Below the pieces are notes generated by a model. It did not search any database and had not been told where the DNA came from. It saw nothing but the letters and a program-made list of their open reading frames with translations. This document shows positions 35,639 through 45,472 of a stretch of DNA of 64,000 bases, one piece after another (positions within the stretch are counted from its first letter, which is position 1; each line of letters starts with the position of its first letter). Source of the DNA: Bacillota bacterium (GTDB lineage Bacteria > Bacillota > Negativicutes > Sporomusales > CTSoil-080); assembly GCA_017889625.1 (NCBI GenBank), contig JAGGAD010000002.1:119940-183939 (forward strand), given 5' to 3'. The position numbers and the translations under genes are program-made.

Positions 35639-36305
35639 TTGAAAAAACTATTATCTACACTTATATTGTCGATGCTATTTTGTAGTGTTGCTGCAGCATC
35701 GCCACTTACGGACTATTCACAAGGCCATTGGTCAATTGATTTGAATGAGAGGAATACACAGAACACAGTGTCTGCGTCGGTGTACACTCTTGATTTTAAC
35801 AAGAAGTATAAACTTGATGGTATGCTGACTTTGGGTTTAGGCAACAACCTTGCTGTTCAGTATAGAAACTTTGCGCCGATATCAAGCAATACTATTTTTT
35901 CGGAGGGAGATAGGTACTATAAAGTTGATAACGAATGAATTTAATGTACTCTATAAACTAAATAAAAAAATTAATGCGTTAGTTGGTTTAGTTAATACTA
36001 AGTTTGAAGTTTGTGATTTTGATGATCCTAGTGGTAGTTTTAACAGTAATACAAAAAAACTTTGGCAGGTTGGCGTAGTTGGTAGTACTGTGATTGCCGA
36101 TAAAACAACTTTGTGGGGTAGCGCAGCTGCAAGTAAAGACTTGACTAATTATGAAGTCGGTATTGGTTATGAATTTAGTCCTAACTGGGAATTCAACGTG
36201 AATTACCGAGATATTAATGTAAAGAATTTCAGTATGGATCAATACACCGCAAGTTATGAGATGAAAGCAAAAGGGTTTTGGTATGGTATTACCTATAAAT
36301 TCTAA
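35639..36305 (+). pseudogene. Paralog of the small OMP gene, split by a +1 frameshift near 35925-35935
   Basis: ORFs 35633-35938 and 35850-36305 together align with the 29666-30346 product. They share the same signal peptide (LILSMLFCSVAAASPLTDYSQG), the FNVLYKLNK segment and the C-terminal ITYKF. Confidence 0.65.
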
Positions 36306-36475
36306 CATGTTTATCCAAAGAAGAAGGAACTACCCATTACGGGCGGCTCCTTTTTAACTATAGTTTATGCGGAAACTAGTAAGCATGTTACCATAAAAAT
36401 TAGTCGCTTATTGGAGTATAAAACCGATTTTCCGTCACCGTATGTTTTGCATATGATAAAACAGGAGGTGGTGTA

Positions 36476-36820
36476 GTGGAGTACTCGATTAAAGTGAATA
36501 TATCGGAAAAAGAGCTTACACTTTATCAAGACGGATCCCCAGTGAAATCCTATCCAATCGGGATTGGCAAGATGCTTACCCCAACACCGATGGGGACCTA
36601 TAGTATAATTAGCAAGGTGCCGAATCCCGGTGGGCCTTTTGGAATTATGTGGCTTGGTTTAAGCAAACCTCACTATGGCATTCATGGGACAAATAACCCA
36701 TCATCCATTGGAAAAGTAGTATCTCATGGATGTATTCGCATGTATAATCAGAATGTGCTGGAACTATCGCGCATAGTTCCAATTGGAACACCCGTAATAA
36801 TCGTTAAGCCTAAGCAATGA
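36476..36820 (+). CDS. L,D-transpeptidase (YkuD domain)
   Basis: The catalytic motif is [29 protein letters not shown] precedes the GTG. Confidence 0.85.
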   Translation: MEYSIKVNISEKELTLYQDGSPVKSYPIGIGKMLTPTPMGTYSIISKVPNPGGPFGIMWLGLSKPHYGIHGTNNPSSIGKVVSHGCIRMYNQNVLELSRIVPIGTPVIIVKPKQ

Positions 36821-36927
36821 GCAATGTTAGTTCTCAATAATAATTATTGATAGGTTGACGTACCTCTGGTAAGAATTTGACAATAGAGTTTATGAATGTT
36901 AAGATGTGAAAAAACGGAGGTACTCGG

Positions 36928-37119
36928 ATGCCGCTTATTACAATAGAAGGACCGCAATTAAGTAAAGAGAAAAAGCGGGAACTGGTTGGTGCTCTTACTA
37001 AGGCTGCTAGCGGTGTTATCCAAATTCCAGAAGAAGGTTTCACGGTTATAATCAGGGAGAATAATCCTGATAATGTAGGTATTGGTGGAAGCCTATTATC
37101 GGAGATGAAATTTAAGTAG
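36928..37119 (+). CDS. 4-oxalocrotonate tautomerase family protein
   Basis: The 63-aa protein begins MPLITIEGPQLSKEKKRELV, with the catalytic Pro1 context. Confidence 0.8.
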   Translation: MPLITIEGPQLSKEKKRELVGALTKAASGVIQIPEEGFTVIIRENNPDNVGIGGSLLSEMKFK

Positions 37120-37544
37120 TACTAGTAAGTAAACCGTATTAATGTAATATTACAAACATGCTATAGTAAAAGTATACCTGATATACCTTAAAAAAGGAGT
37201 TGCCAACTATTCCGGCGGCTCCTTTTCATGTTGCTTAGTATCAGCAATCTGGCATTTTTTGCTCATAGTCTCGCTCAAAAAAATATGTTTCAATAATCGT
37301 GCAAATTGGTTATCCTCTTACATATTCCCATCTAGAATGGCGGGAGTTATTCTTTTGTCACATTTATGTAACTGGTGAGGTTATTTTTTTCATGTAGATT
37401 TCAGGTAAATCATATATAATCAAACTTGGTCGGCGAATTAGCGCAATCGCTGATCATATGAGTACCCCGCTAGGTGTCATCCACACCCTGCGGGGTACTT
37501 TGCTATTAGCTCTTAGCCTGTGGTGGTCAGGGGCGTATTTTCGG

Positions 37545-37786
37545 TTAACGATTTGTAATATGCTGCAGATAAAGTACCTCTTCTTTCCCGCCGGCAATTT
37601 TGGCTACAGTTACGTTTAATGCGTGCGCTATGCGAATTAAATCAAGTTTTGTAGGTCTAACCATATGAAGTTCAATATAAGCAATGTGAGCGTGACTGAA
37701 GTTAGTCATTTCAGCTAATTTCTTTTGCGATATCTGGTTCTCTTTTCTTTACGTTGTAGTTTTGAAGAGCGTGCAAAAAGATTCAT
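37545..37786 (-). pseudogene. XRE-family HTH regulator, apparently frameshifted
   Basis: On the minus strand the ATG frame (MNLFARSSKLQRKEKR...) stops early. The adjacent frame continues ENQISQKKLAEMTNFSHAHIAYIELHMVRPTKLDLIRIAHALNVTVAKI, a Cro/C1-type HTH. Confidence 0.5.
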
Positions 37787-38037
37787 ATTAACAACAATCC
37801 TTTCTACTGCGTTGGAATTACATGTAAATTCTTACATATATAGCCAAAAAATATAGTCGGAAAATATTATCAAGTTATCTTTGTAGGATAATTTGCCACC
37901 GTTGTTGTAGTGAATAATTTTGGTCCGAAAGATAATGGAAATAATGTTCTAGCTTGCATATAATTATCTTATTAACCAGAAATGTAGTTTTTTATACTAT
38001 TTATGCCAATGCAAGGTAAAAGGAGTAAGGAAAGTTT

Positions 38038-38823
38038 ATGGAAAAATATTTGGAGATTATTCACAATATTACATGCGAAAATAGAAACACTTCTGAGCAA
38101 GCTGCGTCAGCGTCTACACAAATAGTGAAACCGGAGTGTAACTGTCAATCATCATTGGTGAGTGAAGCGAATCAGGTTATCGAAGCTATGTCGGCTAACA
38201 TTCAGCAGATATCATCAAGCGCTAATGCGGTAATGCAAACAACGAATGAGTCAAATGCTGTTGTTAAAGGTTGTGAAGATGCTATTGATATAGCTGTAAC
38301 TCAGATGCTGAATATCGAAGATTCAGTGGTTTCATCAGCTGAATTTGTCGCAAACTTAAGCGAGCATTCGCAACAAATAGTAAATTATATTGAATATATT
38401 TCGAAACTTGCCAGTCAGACTAACTTTGTGGTTGATAAAATGGCTATTGAGACTGACCGCAGCGGTATAACGGGGCGGAGTTTGGAAAGTATTGCTGAAG
38501 AAATTAAGTATCTGTCTGAACAGTCCCAAGTGACGGCGAAAAAAATTGCCGTAGAAAATGCGGCAATGCAGATGAATATCAAAAAAACTATCGTAGCCTT
38601 GCAAGAAGGAATTCTTGAGACGAAGTTTGGTAGCGGAATAGTTTGTTCTGTTAAGAGGGCTTTTGAAAGAGTAACCGAACAAACAGTCCAAGTGTCGCAA
38701 CAAATGGAAGATATCTCGATGGACATTATTGGGGTTGCCGCTAGCAATGTTGATGTTGTTTGCGTTGTTAATGAGATCGATAAAACGATTATGAATACTA
38801 AAAGCAGCACGACAGGTAAATAA
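38038..38823 (+). CDS. Soluble, divergent methyl-accepting-chemotaxis-like signalling-domain protein
   Basis: KLASQTNFVVDKMAIETDRSGITGRSLESIAEEIKYLSEQS resembles a degenerate form of the MCP hairpin core (IAxQTNLLALNAAIEAARAGExGRGFAVVAxEVRxLAExS). No TM segments or HAMP domain are present. Confidence 0.6.
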   Translation: MEKYLEIIHNITCENRNTSEQAASASTQIVKPECNCQSSLVSEANQVIEAMSANIQQISSSANAVMQTTNESNAVVKGCEDAIDIAVTQMLNIEDSVVSSAEFVANLSEHSQQIVNYIEYISKLASQTNFVVDKMAIETDRSGITGRSLESIAEEIKYLSEQSQVTAKKIAVENAAMQMNIKKTIVALQEGILETKFGSGIVCSVKRAFERVTEQTVQVSQQMEDISMDIIGVAASNVDVVCVVNEIDKTIMNTKSSTTGK

Positions 38824-38844
38824 GGTTAGTGTTTTTATTAATTT

Positions 38845-38890
38845 AAGGCCCGCTACGGTAGAGTTAATTTCTATTGTAGCGGGCCTTTTA
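38845..38890 (+). terminator. Intrinsic terminator
   Basis: The stem aaggcccgctac / gtagcgggcctt is followed by a T run. Confidence 0.75.
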
Positions 38891-38984
38891 AGTTGAGGTG
38901 GAACCTATTTAAATAAAGGACATTAGCAATATTAAGCGAACTATATGTAATTTGTTAAAGTAATCTTATCTATTGAGGTGCAAT

Positions 38985-39194
38985 GTGAATAAAATTTCAG
39001 TGACACAGGCGTTTTCAACCGCATTGACAGCAAAACGAGTGGCTGAGTTAGCGGATGAAAAAGGAGTAAAAGTTACGTTGGTTGACGAACGGTTTATCGG
39101 AAAAGGAAAATGGGTTAATGATTTTGAGGTTGCCGGTACTCCCGGGAAGGTAGAAGCTTTTTTCGAGAAACTCGCCGATGTTCGGCGAGATTAG
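38985..39194 (+). CDS. Hypothetical small protein
   Basis: GAGGTG precedes the GTG at 38985. No motif was recognised. Confidence 0.4.
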   Translation: MNKISVTQAFSTALTAKRVAELADEKGVKVTLVDERFIGKGKWVNDFEVAGTPGKVEAFFEKLADVRRD

Positions 39195-39649
39195 CTTTTA
39201 AAAATATTTAACGCAGTAACTAATAACGAGACCAGACCGCCGGCAATCAGTGGACCTACGGCTATACCGTGTAGGAAACATACCCCTAAAATTGTTCCAA
39301 GTACCAGAAAACTTACCATTTCTGGTGATGTATTAATGAAATCGATTCCGCGCCCGGCGGTCCAGGCAACAAATAGACCGGTGATTAGGGCGACTATTCC
39401 TATTGGCGAATACATTGATCCGACCAAATCTTTTAAGGTAACCCGGCCTGTTGCAAGTGGGGTTAGAATGGAAATGGTTAAAATAGTAATGCCAATAGTC
39501 AATCCTTTGGTTTCCAATACTGGAAACCAAGAATTAAACCCAAGCAACTTAATGATTAATAGAACGGCAACCGCGATTGATACTGATTGGTTACTGCCTA
39601 GTACTGATAATATTAAAATGATTAACAATGGTAGATTATCCCATGCCAT
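39191..39649 (-). CDS. DUF441/UPF0756 (YeaL-like) membrane protein
   Basis: It has four hydrophobic helices, and the N-terminus LPLLIILILSVLGSNQSVSIAVAVLLIIKLLG is typical of UPF0756. Confidence 0.7.
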   Translation of the reverse strand: MAWDNLPLLIILILSVLGSNQSVSIAVAVLLIIKLLGFNSWFPVLETKGLTIGITILTISILTPLATGRVTLKDLVGSMYSPIGIVALITGLFVAWTAGRGIDFINTSPEMVSFLVLGTILGVCFLHGIAVGPLIAGGLVSLLVTALNIFKS

Positions 39650-39779
39650 GCTTTTTCCTCCGTTTTAAATAGACTGCATGTTATGGTATATGCGGCTGAT
39701 TAACCGATGGCGAATAGTATGACTTTATTTATATCGGAAAAGTTACGTTCTGTTGATGGTTATTAGCTGAAATTTTGAG

Positions 39780-40535
39780 TTAAACAAGCTCTTGGTCAGT
39801 TAAAATTAATGGCCCGTTACTTGTAATCGCGATGGTGTGTTCATATTGAGCTGAAAGTTTACCATCGATAGTTCTTGCTGTCCAGCCATTTTTATCAATT
39901 TTGCATTGATATAAGCCAACATTAACCATTGGTTCAATGGTTATTACCATGCCTTCTTTGAGCTTAAGTCCTTTGCCGGGTTTGCCGTAATTGAGAACGG
40001 CGGGGTCCTCATGCATGTTCCTGCCGATGCCATGGCCGGTAAAGTCTCTAACAACCGAGAGGTTTTCTGCTTCAACGAAGGTTTGGATTGCATAGCCAAT
40101 ATCGCCCAAACGATTTCCTGCTTGCGCTTGTTCAATACCTTTATACATAGATTGTTCGGCGATTTTTATTAGATGGTTTGCTTCATCTGAAATAGTGCCG
40201 ACCGGATGGGTCCAGGCTGAATCAGCAAGTGCTCCATGTAAGTTGACAACTAAGTCGACAGTTACAATATCGCCGCTTTTTAGAGGTTTATTATTTGGAA
40301 ACCCATGACAAATTTCATCGTTAACTGAGGCGCATGTAGCATAAGGATAACCTTGATAGCCTTTTTGTTCCGGTGTAGCGTGCCTCTTGGCGAGATACTC
40401 TTCGACAAATTTATCAATTTCTAAAGTGTTGATGCCGGGTTTAATAATTTTAGCGATTTCTTTATGGCAAGAAGCTAGTAGTTTTCCTGCCTCATGCATT
40501 TGTTCAATTTCTCGTTGACTTTTGAAGATAATCAT
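39780..40535 (-). CDS. map: Type I methionine aminopeptidase
   Basis: MIIFKSQREIEQMHEAGK..., the metal ligands (DIVTVDL, HGIG, ITIEP, YEHT) and AAGGAGAA before the ATG at 40535 all fit. The ORF-track start at 40658 is an over-extension. Confidence 0.9.
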   Translation of the reverse strand: MIIFKSQREIEQMHEAGKLLASCHKEIAKIIKPGINTLEIDKFVEEYLAKRHATPEQKGYQGYPYATCASVNDEICHGFPNNKPLKSGDIVTVDLVVNLHGALADSAWTHPVGTISDEANHLIKIAEQSMYKGIEQAQAGNRLGDIGYAIQTFVEAENLSVVRDFTGHGIGRNMHEDPAVLNYGKPGKGLKLKEGMVITIEPMVNVGLYQCKIDKNGWTARTIDGKLSAQYEHTIAITSNGPLILTDQELV

Positions 40536-40821
40536 GGTTGCGATTCTCCTTTGATAGATAGTTAATAAAGCCCGCCCCATAGTTGATTGGACTAATAGGA
40601 TGAGGGCAGCCTCATATATTATATAACCTTTAAGGCAATAGTGGAGAATTTCGAGCAAAAAACTGTGGATTTTTATTTAAAATCGTGTTATCCCGAGCTA
40701 TTTTTAGGAAACACCATAAAGAAAACAGCGTGCTTATGTTACAAAAAAAAGATTATGTGATACAATTATGTGATACAAGAAGCTTAATAAAATGCTTATT
40801 TAAGTAGAGGGGAACCATGAT

Positions 40822-41724
40822 ATGAAGTTTAGTTTTCGCTATTATTTGTTAAAGTGTATTAGCTTTTTTGTTTGTTTATTGCCTTATCCATTAATTTGCC
40901 ATATTGGCCGGAGAATAGGATATTTATATTTTTTATGCGCAACGCGTCCGCGAAACCGTGGAATTGATCAAGCTATGCAAGGACTGGACATATCGTTTCC
41001 TGAGGCAAAATGTATTATGCGTAAGTCGTGCATTCATTTGGGACAAACTTTAATGGAGATTTTGTATACACCGGCATTAACGCCGAAAAATATAAAAAAA
41101 TATATCTCGATAGAAGGTCTTGATAATCTTCGGCAGGCAGTAGAGGCAGGACGTGGTGTAATTGCGGTTACTGCCCATGTGGGAAATTGGGAATGGATGC
41201 CGGCAGCGCTGTTCTATTCGGGGTTTCCGACAAGTTCTATCGCTCAACCTCAGCCTAATCCTCACTATGATAGAGTGTTGAATGAATATCGGAGAATGTG
41301 CGGAACCCAAATTTTTAATCGCGGCACTACCGATATTATCAAAGCGGCTAGAGCCCTAAAACAAGGTAACATATTAGGAATGTTTTCGGATCAAGATGCT
41401 GGTAATAAAGGTGTTATGCTTGATTTTATGGGAAGAGAAGCGTTGACGCCTACTGGGGCCGCACTTTTTGCCGACAAACTGGATTCGGCTATTGTTCCGA
41501 TATTTATTTTTCACCGCCAGGGCGGTGGCCATAGGTTGGTAATTGATAAGCCAATTATTTACCAACGGACGGGAGATCACGAACAGGATATATATAACAA
41601 TACTAAAGCTATTATAAAAGTTGTTGAAGATAAAATAAAATTGCATCCTGATGAGTGGATATGGTTTTTGAAACGCTGGGAGTCGGCAAAAAAATATCAC
41701 ACATCAAAAGAAAAGACTGCCTAA
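40822..41724 (+). CDS. Lysophospholipid/lipid A biosynthesis acyltransferase (LpxL/HtrB-like)
   Basis: It has an N-terminal anchor, the acyltransferase HX4D/E motif AHVGNWEW, and SDQDAG. Confidence 0.75.
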   Translation: MKFSFRYYLLKCISFFVCLLPYPLICHIGRRIGYLYFLCATRPRNRGIDQAMQGLDISFPEAKCIMRKSCIHLGQTLMEILYTPALTPKNIKKYISIEGLDNLRQAVEAGRGVIAVTAHVGNWEWMPAALFYSGFPTSSIAQPQPNPHYDRVLNEYRRMCGTQIFNRGTTDIIKAARALKQGNILGMFSDQDAGNKGVMLDFMGREALTPTGAALFADKLDSAIVPIFIFHRQGGGHRLVIDKPIIYQRTGDHEQDIYNNTKAIIKVVEDKIKLHPDEWIWFLKRWESAKKYHTSKEKTA

Positions 41725-41832
41725 TTTGGTAGTCTTTTCTTTTCGTATATCTTGATTGGAGAAAAGTTCTGCAAATCGTTGGCAGTGAATAAAATATTGT
41801 GATTAAGATTGTACGGTGAGAGGAATGTAACA

Positions 41833-42060
41833 ATGGATCGTGATGATACGGGGAAAAAAGGCAGTGAAACGCTGGCCAAACCGGTGATAACTCAGCCAGC
41901 CGGGGTCCAGTTAGGAAATGAGATCGTTATTTATACTATGATTGTATTGCAGGATTTACTTGTTGAGCAACTAATAAATCCGGTTACCAATTTTAACCAG
42001 ATTATAGCGTTGGCTGCGACCATGGCAGCGTTAAATACCAGTATAAAGCCGGTACAATAG
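41833..42060 (+). CDS. Hypothetical small protein
   Basis: GAGAGGAA precedes the ATG at 41833. No motif was recognised. Confidence 0.4.
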   Translation: MDRDDTGKKGSETLAKPVITQPAGVQLGNEIVIYTMIVLQDLLVEQLINPVTNFNQIIALAATMAALNTSIKPVQ

Positions 42061-42158
42061 TTATGAGATAATTCTGACGGCTAAATTAGTGAACTATCGG
42101 CTGCTGTTGTATGCTATTGATTTATCAAACATATAATAGCAAGGAAGGGAGTGAGAGT

Positions 42159-43067
42159 ATGAAGATACTTTCTCTTGGCCTGACTGGTGCATTTGATGAG
42201 TTCAGGTCGAAATTGCAACAAGATTGCTGTGCGCTGGTACAGGAAGGCTTTCGAATTGCTATTGATGAAACAAATCGGGGTAGCTACACATTTTTGGGAT
42301 GCAATATCGCTGAAGGTGAGCTTTCCTTTCGCAATTATGAGCGTATTAAGAATTCCCTTAAAGACTATGCCTCGCAACTTTTAGTGGATGTAATCCTTAA
42401 TAATGAAGAAAAAGAACTGTTGCGAAAAATTGTCAGTAATAATTACCACTTTTTCAATGAGGAAGAGTGCAATATTATTTTAAGCAATGCTCTTAAGTTA
42501 CTTAGCGACAATAGCGGATTGTTTGGTGATTTTAGTTATCAGGAACGGCGTACCTATATTCTTAATCGGATTCAGGAGTACTTAACCAATCACCATGAAA
42601 TGGTTCTTGATGGATTTGTGGCTTTTCGTCTGAAAGACTACCGAGGCAAATTGGCGGAAGTAGTCGATAAGGCTGTTGATGAATATATGATGGATGTTGA
42701 GTACAAAGAATTTATTCAGATACTAAGGTACTTTGTTGAAATCCAAGAAGTACAGGTTGAAGAGGTTCATGTTATCATTGATAGTGAGGGCCAGTTTATC
42801 ATCCGTGATTCGGCTGGTAAGGTAATAAACCATCAATATCTTGAAGCATTTATAATGAAAAAGGGCGAAGAAATAAGTTTTGAGGATATGTTGATAAGTG
42901 CCTTGATAACTCTTGCTCCGCATTATGTAATGGTCCATTATCGTGCAGCAAGCGGTGAGCAGCTTGCCGCGACCATAAAAAGCGTATTTGAGGGACGGGT
43001 TATATTCTGTCATGGGTGCGAATTGTGTCAGGATTATCTTACCGGTCAATTTGACGGAAGGAATTGA
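42159..43067 (+). CDS. ytxC: Sporulation protein YtxC-like
   Basis: The gene lies directly upstream of thrS, as in Bacillus. Its length and pattern (VLDGFVAFRLKDY...EYKEFIQILRYFV) fit YtxC. Confidence 0.7.
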   Translation: MKILSLGLTGAFDEFRSKLQQDCCALVQEGFRIAIDETNRGSYTFLGCNIAEGELSFRNYERIKNSLKDYASQLLVDVILNNEEKELLRKIVSNNYHFFNEEECNIILSNALKLLSDNSGLFGDFSYQERRTYILNRIQEYLTNHHEMVLDGFVAFRLKDYRGKLAEVVDKAVDEYMMDVEYKEFIQILRYFVEIQEVQVEEVHVIIDSEGQFIIRDSAGKVINHQYLEAFIMKKGEEISFEDMLISALITLAPHYVMVHYRAASGEQLAATIKSVFEGRVIFCHGCELCQDYLTGQFDGRN

Positions 43068-43092
43068 CAGCGGTGAAAATCCAGAGTAAAAT
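43064..43092 (+). promoter_or_regulatory. Sigma-A promoter of the thrS leader
   Basis: TTGACA (43064-43069), a 17-nt spacer, then TAAAAT (43087-43092). Confidence 0.6.
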
Positions 43093-43094
43093 GG

Positions 43095-43342
43095 TAGTAA
43101 TATCATACTGGAAAATAGTAATGCCGGGAACATGATGATACTGGTCTGGTGTATCAGAGAATAAGCGTTATTAGCTGTGAACGCTTTTATGCCAACGATG
43201 TTGTTACCATCCCGAAACTGCAGGCTGAAAATAGTAAGCTGTGCCGGGGTATACTCGTTAACATTGTCAAGCCGGGCCGAAAGGCCAAGCAGGGTGGAAC
43301 CGCGGGCAGATTTCCCGTCCCTTTTTAGGGACGGTTTTTTTA
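43095..43342 (+). promoter_or_regulatory. T-box riboswitch leader (Thr)
   Basis: The T-box sequence AAGCAGGGTGGAACCGCGGG lies at 43287-43306. The terminator is ccgtccct/agggacgg plus a T run (43315-43341). The candidate specifier is GAA-ACU-G near 43215. Confidence 0.85.
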
Positions 43343-43372
43343 TTTTCCCAAAATAAATAAGGAGGGCGTTGT

Positions 43373-45283
43373 ATGGAACTGATTAATATTACCCTTAAAG
43401 ACGGCGCGGTGCGTCAGGTTAATAATGGCGATACGCTTGCCGAGGTAGCACAATCGATAAGCCGCAGTCTTGCTAAAAAGGTATTGGCGGCAAAAGTTGA
43501 TGGTAAAGCAGTCGACTTACGAGAAAAGCTTGTGCAGGATTGTTGTGTGGAGTTTTTAACCTTTGAAGATGTTGAAGGTAAGAATGTGCTCCGACACAGT
43601 GGGTCGCATATTTTGGCGCAGGCGGTAAAACGGCTCTATAAAGACGTAAAACTAGGCATCGGGCCGGCAATTGCTAACGGGTTCTATTATGACTTTGATA
43701 CGGCATATACTTTTGTTCCGGAAGACTTAGAGAAAATTCAAGCTGAAATGGAAAAAATCGTGCGCGAAGATTTGCCAATAGAACGATTTGAAGTAAGCCG
43801 GGAAGAAGCAATTAAACTATTTAGTGATATAGATGAAACTTATAAGGTAGAACTTGTCCGCGACCTGCCAGAGGATGTGACAATATCTCTATATCGTCAA
43901 GGTGAATACGTAGATTTATGCGCGGGACCGCATGTTCCTTCAACCGGTCGGGTTAAAGCGATAAAATTGCAGACTTTAGCCGGAGCCTATTGGCGGGGCG
44001 ATCAGAAAAATAAAATGCTGCAACGTATTTACGGTACTGCTTTTGAGAAAAAAGCCGAACTCGACGAATATTTGACGATGCTTGAAGAAGCGGCCAAACG
44101 TGATCATCGGAAACTTGGCCGGGAATTAGATCTGTTTAGCATCCAGGATGAAGGTCCGGGATTCCCATTTTTCCATCCTAAAGGTATGATTATCAGAAAC
44201 CAACTCGAAAACTACTGGCGTGAGCTACATGATGAATATGGTTATCAGGAAATTAGGACGCCAATTATTTTGAACCAAAGTTTGTGGCAGCAATCCGGAC
44301 ACTGGGATCATTACCGGTCGAACATGTATTTCACCACAATTGATGGCGAAGGGTATGCGGTAAAACCGATGAACTGTCCGGGCGGAATGCTGATTTACCG
44401 GTCTCGGCATCATAGCTATCGCGAACTTCCCATGAGAACTTGTGAATTAGGCTTAGTGCATCGCCATGAATTATCCGGAGCGTTACATGGTTTGATGCGA
44501 GTAAGAAGCTTTACTCAGGATGACGCTCACATTTTTATGCTACCAACGCAGATAAAAAGCGAAATCAGACAAGTAATTGACTTGTTTAACAAAGTATATA
44601 GCGTGTTTGGCTTGTCTTATCATGCTGAGCTTAGTACCAAGCCGGAAAAAGCCATGGGTTCTGATGAAGTTTGGGAAACTGCAACCAACGCCTTACGGGA
44701 AGCTTTGGAAGAGTACGGTCTTCCTTATAGAATAAATGAAGGTGATGGCGCGTTCTATGGACCTAAAATTGACTTTCACCTTAGAGACTCTATTGGGCGG
44801 ACGTGGCAGTGTGGAACCATCCAGTTGGACATGCAGATGCCGGAAAAATTTGATTTAAATTATATAGGTGAAGATGGGCAAAAACATCGGCCGGTAATGA
44901 TTCACCGGGTTGTTTATGGGAGCATCGAAAGGTTTATCGGTATTCTGATTGAACATTATGCCGGAGCTTTCCCAACTTGGCTGGCACCGGTGCAGGTTAA
45001 AATCTTACCAATCACTGACCGTCAGTTTGAATATGCTCAAACCGTGGCTAAACGATTAAAGGCAGCGGGTATCAGAATTGAAGTAGATGAACGTAATGAA
45101 AAAATCGGCTATAAAATTCGCGAAGGACAAATGGAAAAAATCCCATACATGTTGGTTGTTGGGGATAAAGAAATGGAAGCGCAGGCTGTCGCTGTTCGTA
45201 AACGTGGTCAAGGCGATCTTGGAGCCATTGCTATCCAAGATTTCCTGAATACTATTAAAGATGAAGTAGCAACAAAAGCATAA
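43373..45283 (+). CDS. thrS: Threonine--tRNA ligase
   Basis: The 636-aa protein has TGS, editing and class II core domains (HRKLGRELDLF, MNCPGG, FTQDDAHIF, GAFYGPKIDF). Confidence 0.95.
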   Translation: MELINITLKDGAVRQVNNGDTLAEVAQSISRSLAKKVLAAKVDGKAVDLREKLVQDCCVEFLTFEDVEGKNVLRHSGSHILAQAVKRLYKDVKLGIGPAIANGFYYDFDTAYTFVPEDLEKIQAEMEKIVREDLPIERFEVSREEAIKLFSDIDETYKVELVRDLPEDVTISLYRQGEYVDLCAGPHVPSTGRVKAIKLQTLAGAYWRGDQKNKMLQRIYGTAFEKKAELDEYLTMLEEAAKRDHRKLGRELDLFSIQDEGPGFPFFHPKGMIIRNQLENYWRELHDEYGYQEIRTPIILNQSLWQQSGHWDHYRSNMYFTTIDGEGYAVKPMNCPGGMLIYRSRHHSYRELPMRTCELGLVHRHELSGALHGLMRVRSFTQDDAHIFMLPTQIKSEIRQVIDLFNKVYSVFGLSYHAELSTKPEKAMGSDEVWETATNALREALEEYGLPYRINEGDGAFYGPKIDFHLRDSIGRTWQCGTIQLDMQMPEKFDLNYIGEDGQKHRPVMIHRVVYGSIERFIGILIEHYAGAFPTWLAPVQVKILPITDRQFEYAQTVAKRLKAAGIRIEVDERNEKIGYKIREGQMEKIPYMLVVGDKEMEAQAVAVRKRGQGDLGAIAIQDFLNTIKDEVATKA

Positions 45284-45308
45284 GTTAACCTATAGATTTT
45301 GAAACTAT

Positions 45309-45356
45309 AAAATACCGTTGACTGTTAGCAAAACTGTGCAGTTAACGGTATTTTAT
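45309..45356 (+). terminator. Intrinsic terminator after thrS
   Basis: The stem aaaataccgtt / aacggtatttt has a T-rich tail. Confidence 0.7.
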
Positions 45357-45398
45357 ATTAAGCAAAAAGGTTGAAAATTCAAACTTAATTGCTTTATA

Positions 45399-45452
45399 TT
45401 GACATGACATCAACCAATAAGTATAGTAATATATATAGACCACTTGATATAT
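45399..45452 (+). promoter_or_regulatory. Promoter plus a candidate TetR operator
   Basis: The promoter is TTGACA (45399-45404), a 17-nt spacer, then TATAGT (45422-45427). The following ATATATAGACC motif (45431-45441) recurs at 46063-46073, inside the palindrome TAGACCGGTCTA (46068-46079). Confidence 0.5.
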
Positions 45453-45472
45453 TTTTGTAGGGAGATTATTGT

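Noticed and set aside
35633-36305. Two separate small genes (101 aa and 151 aa).
   Set aside because: Together they align collinearly with the single 229-aa OMP at 29657-30346. They are treated as one frameshifted paralog.
27900-37800. The mosaic region considered as a prophage, an integrative element or a defence island.
   Set aside because: I recognised no integrase, recombinase, transposase, phage structural gene, restriction enzyme, toxin-antitoxin or other defence gene, and no tRNA or obvious att-type direct repeats. Only duplication and decay signatures are supported.
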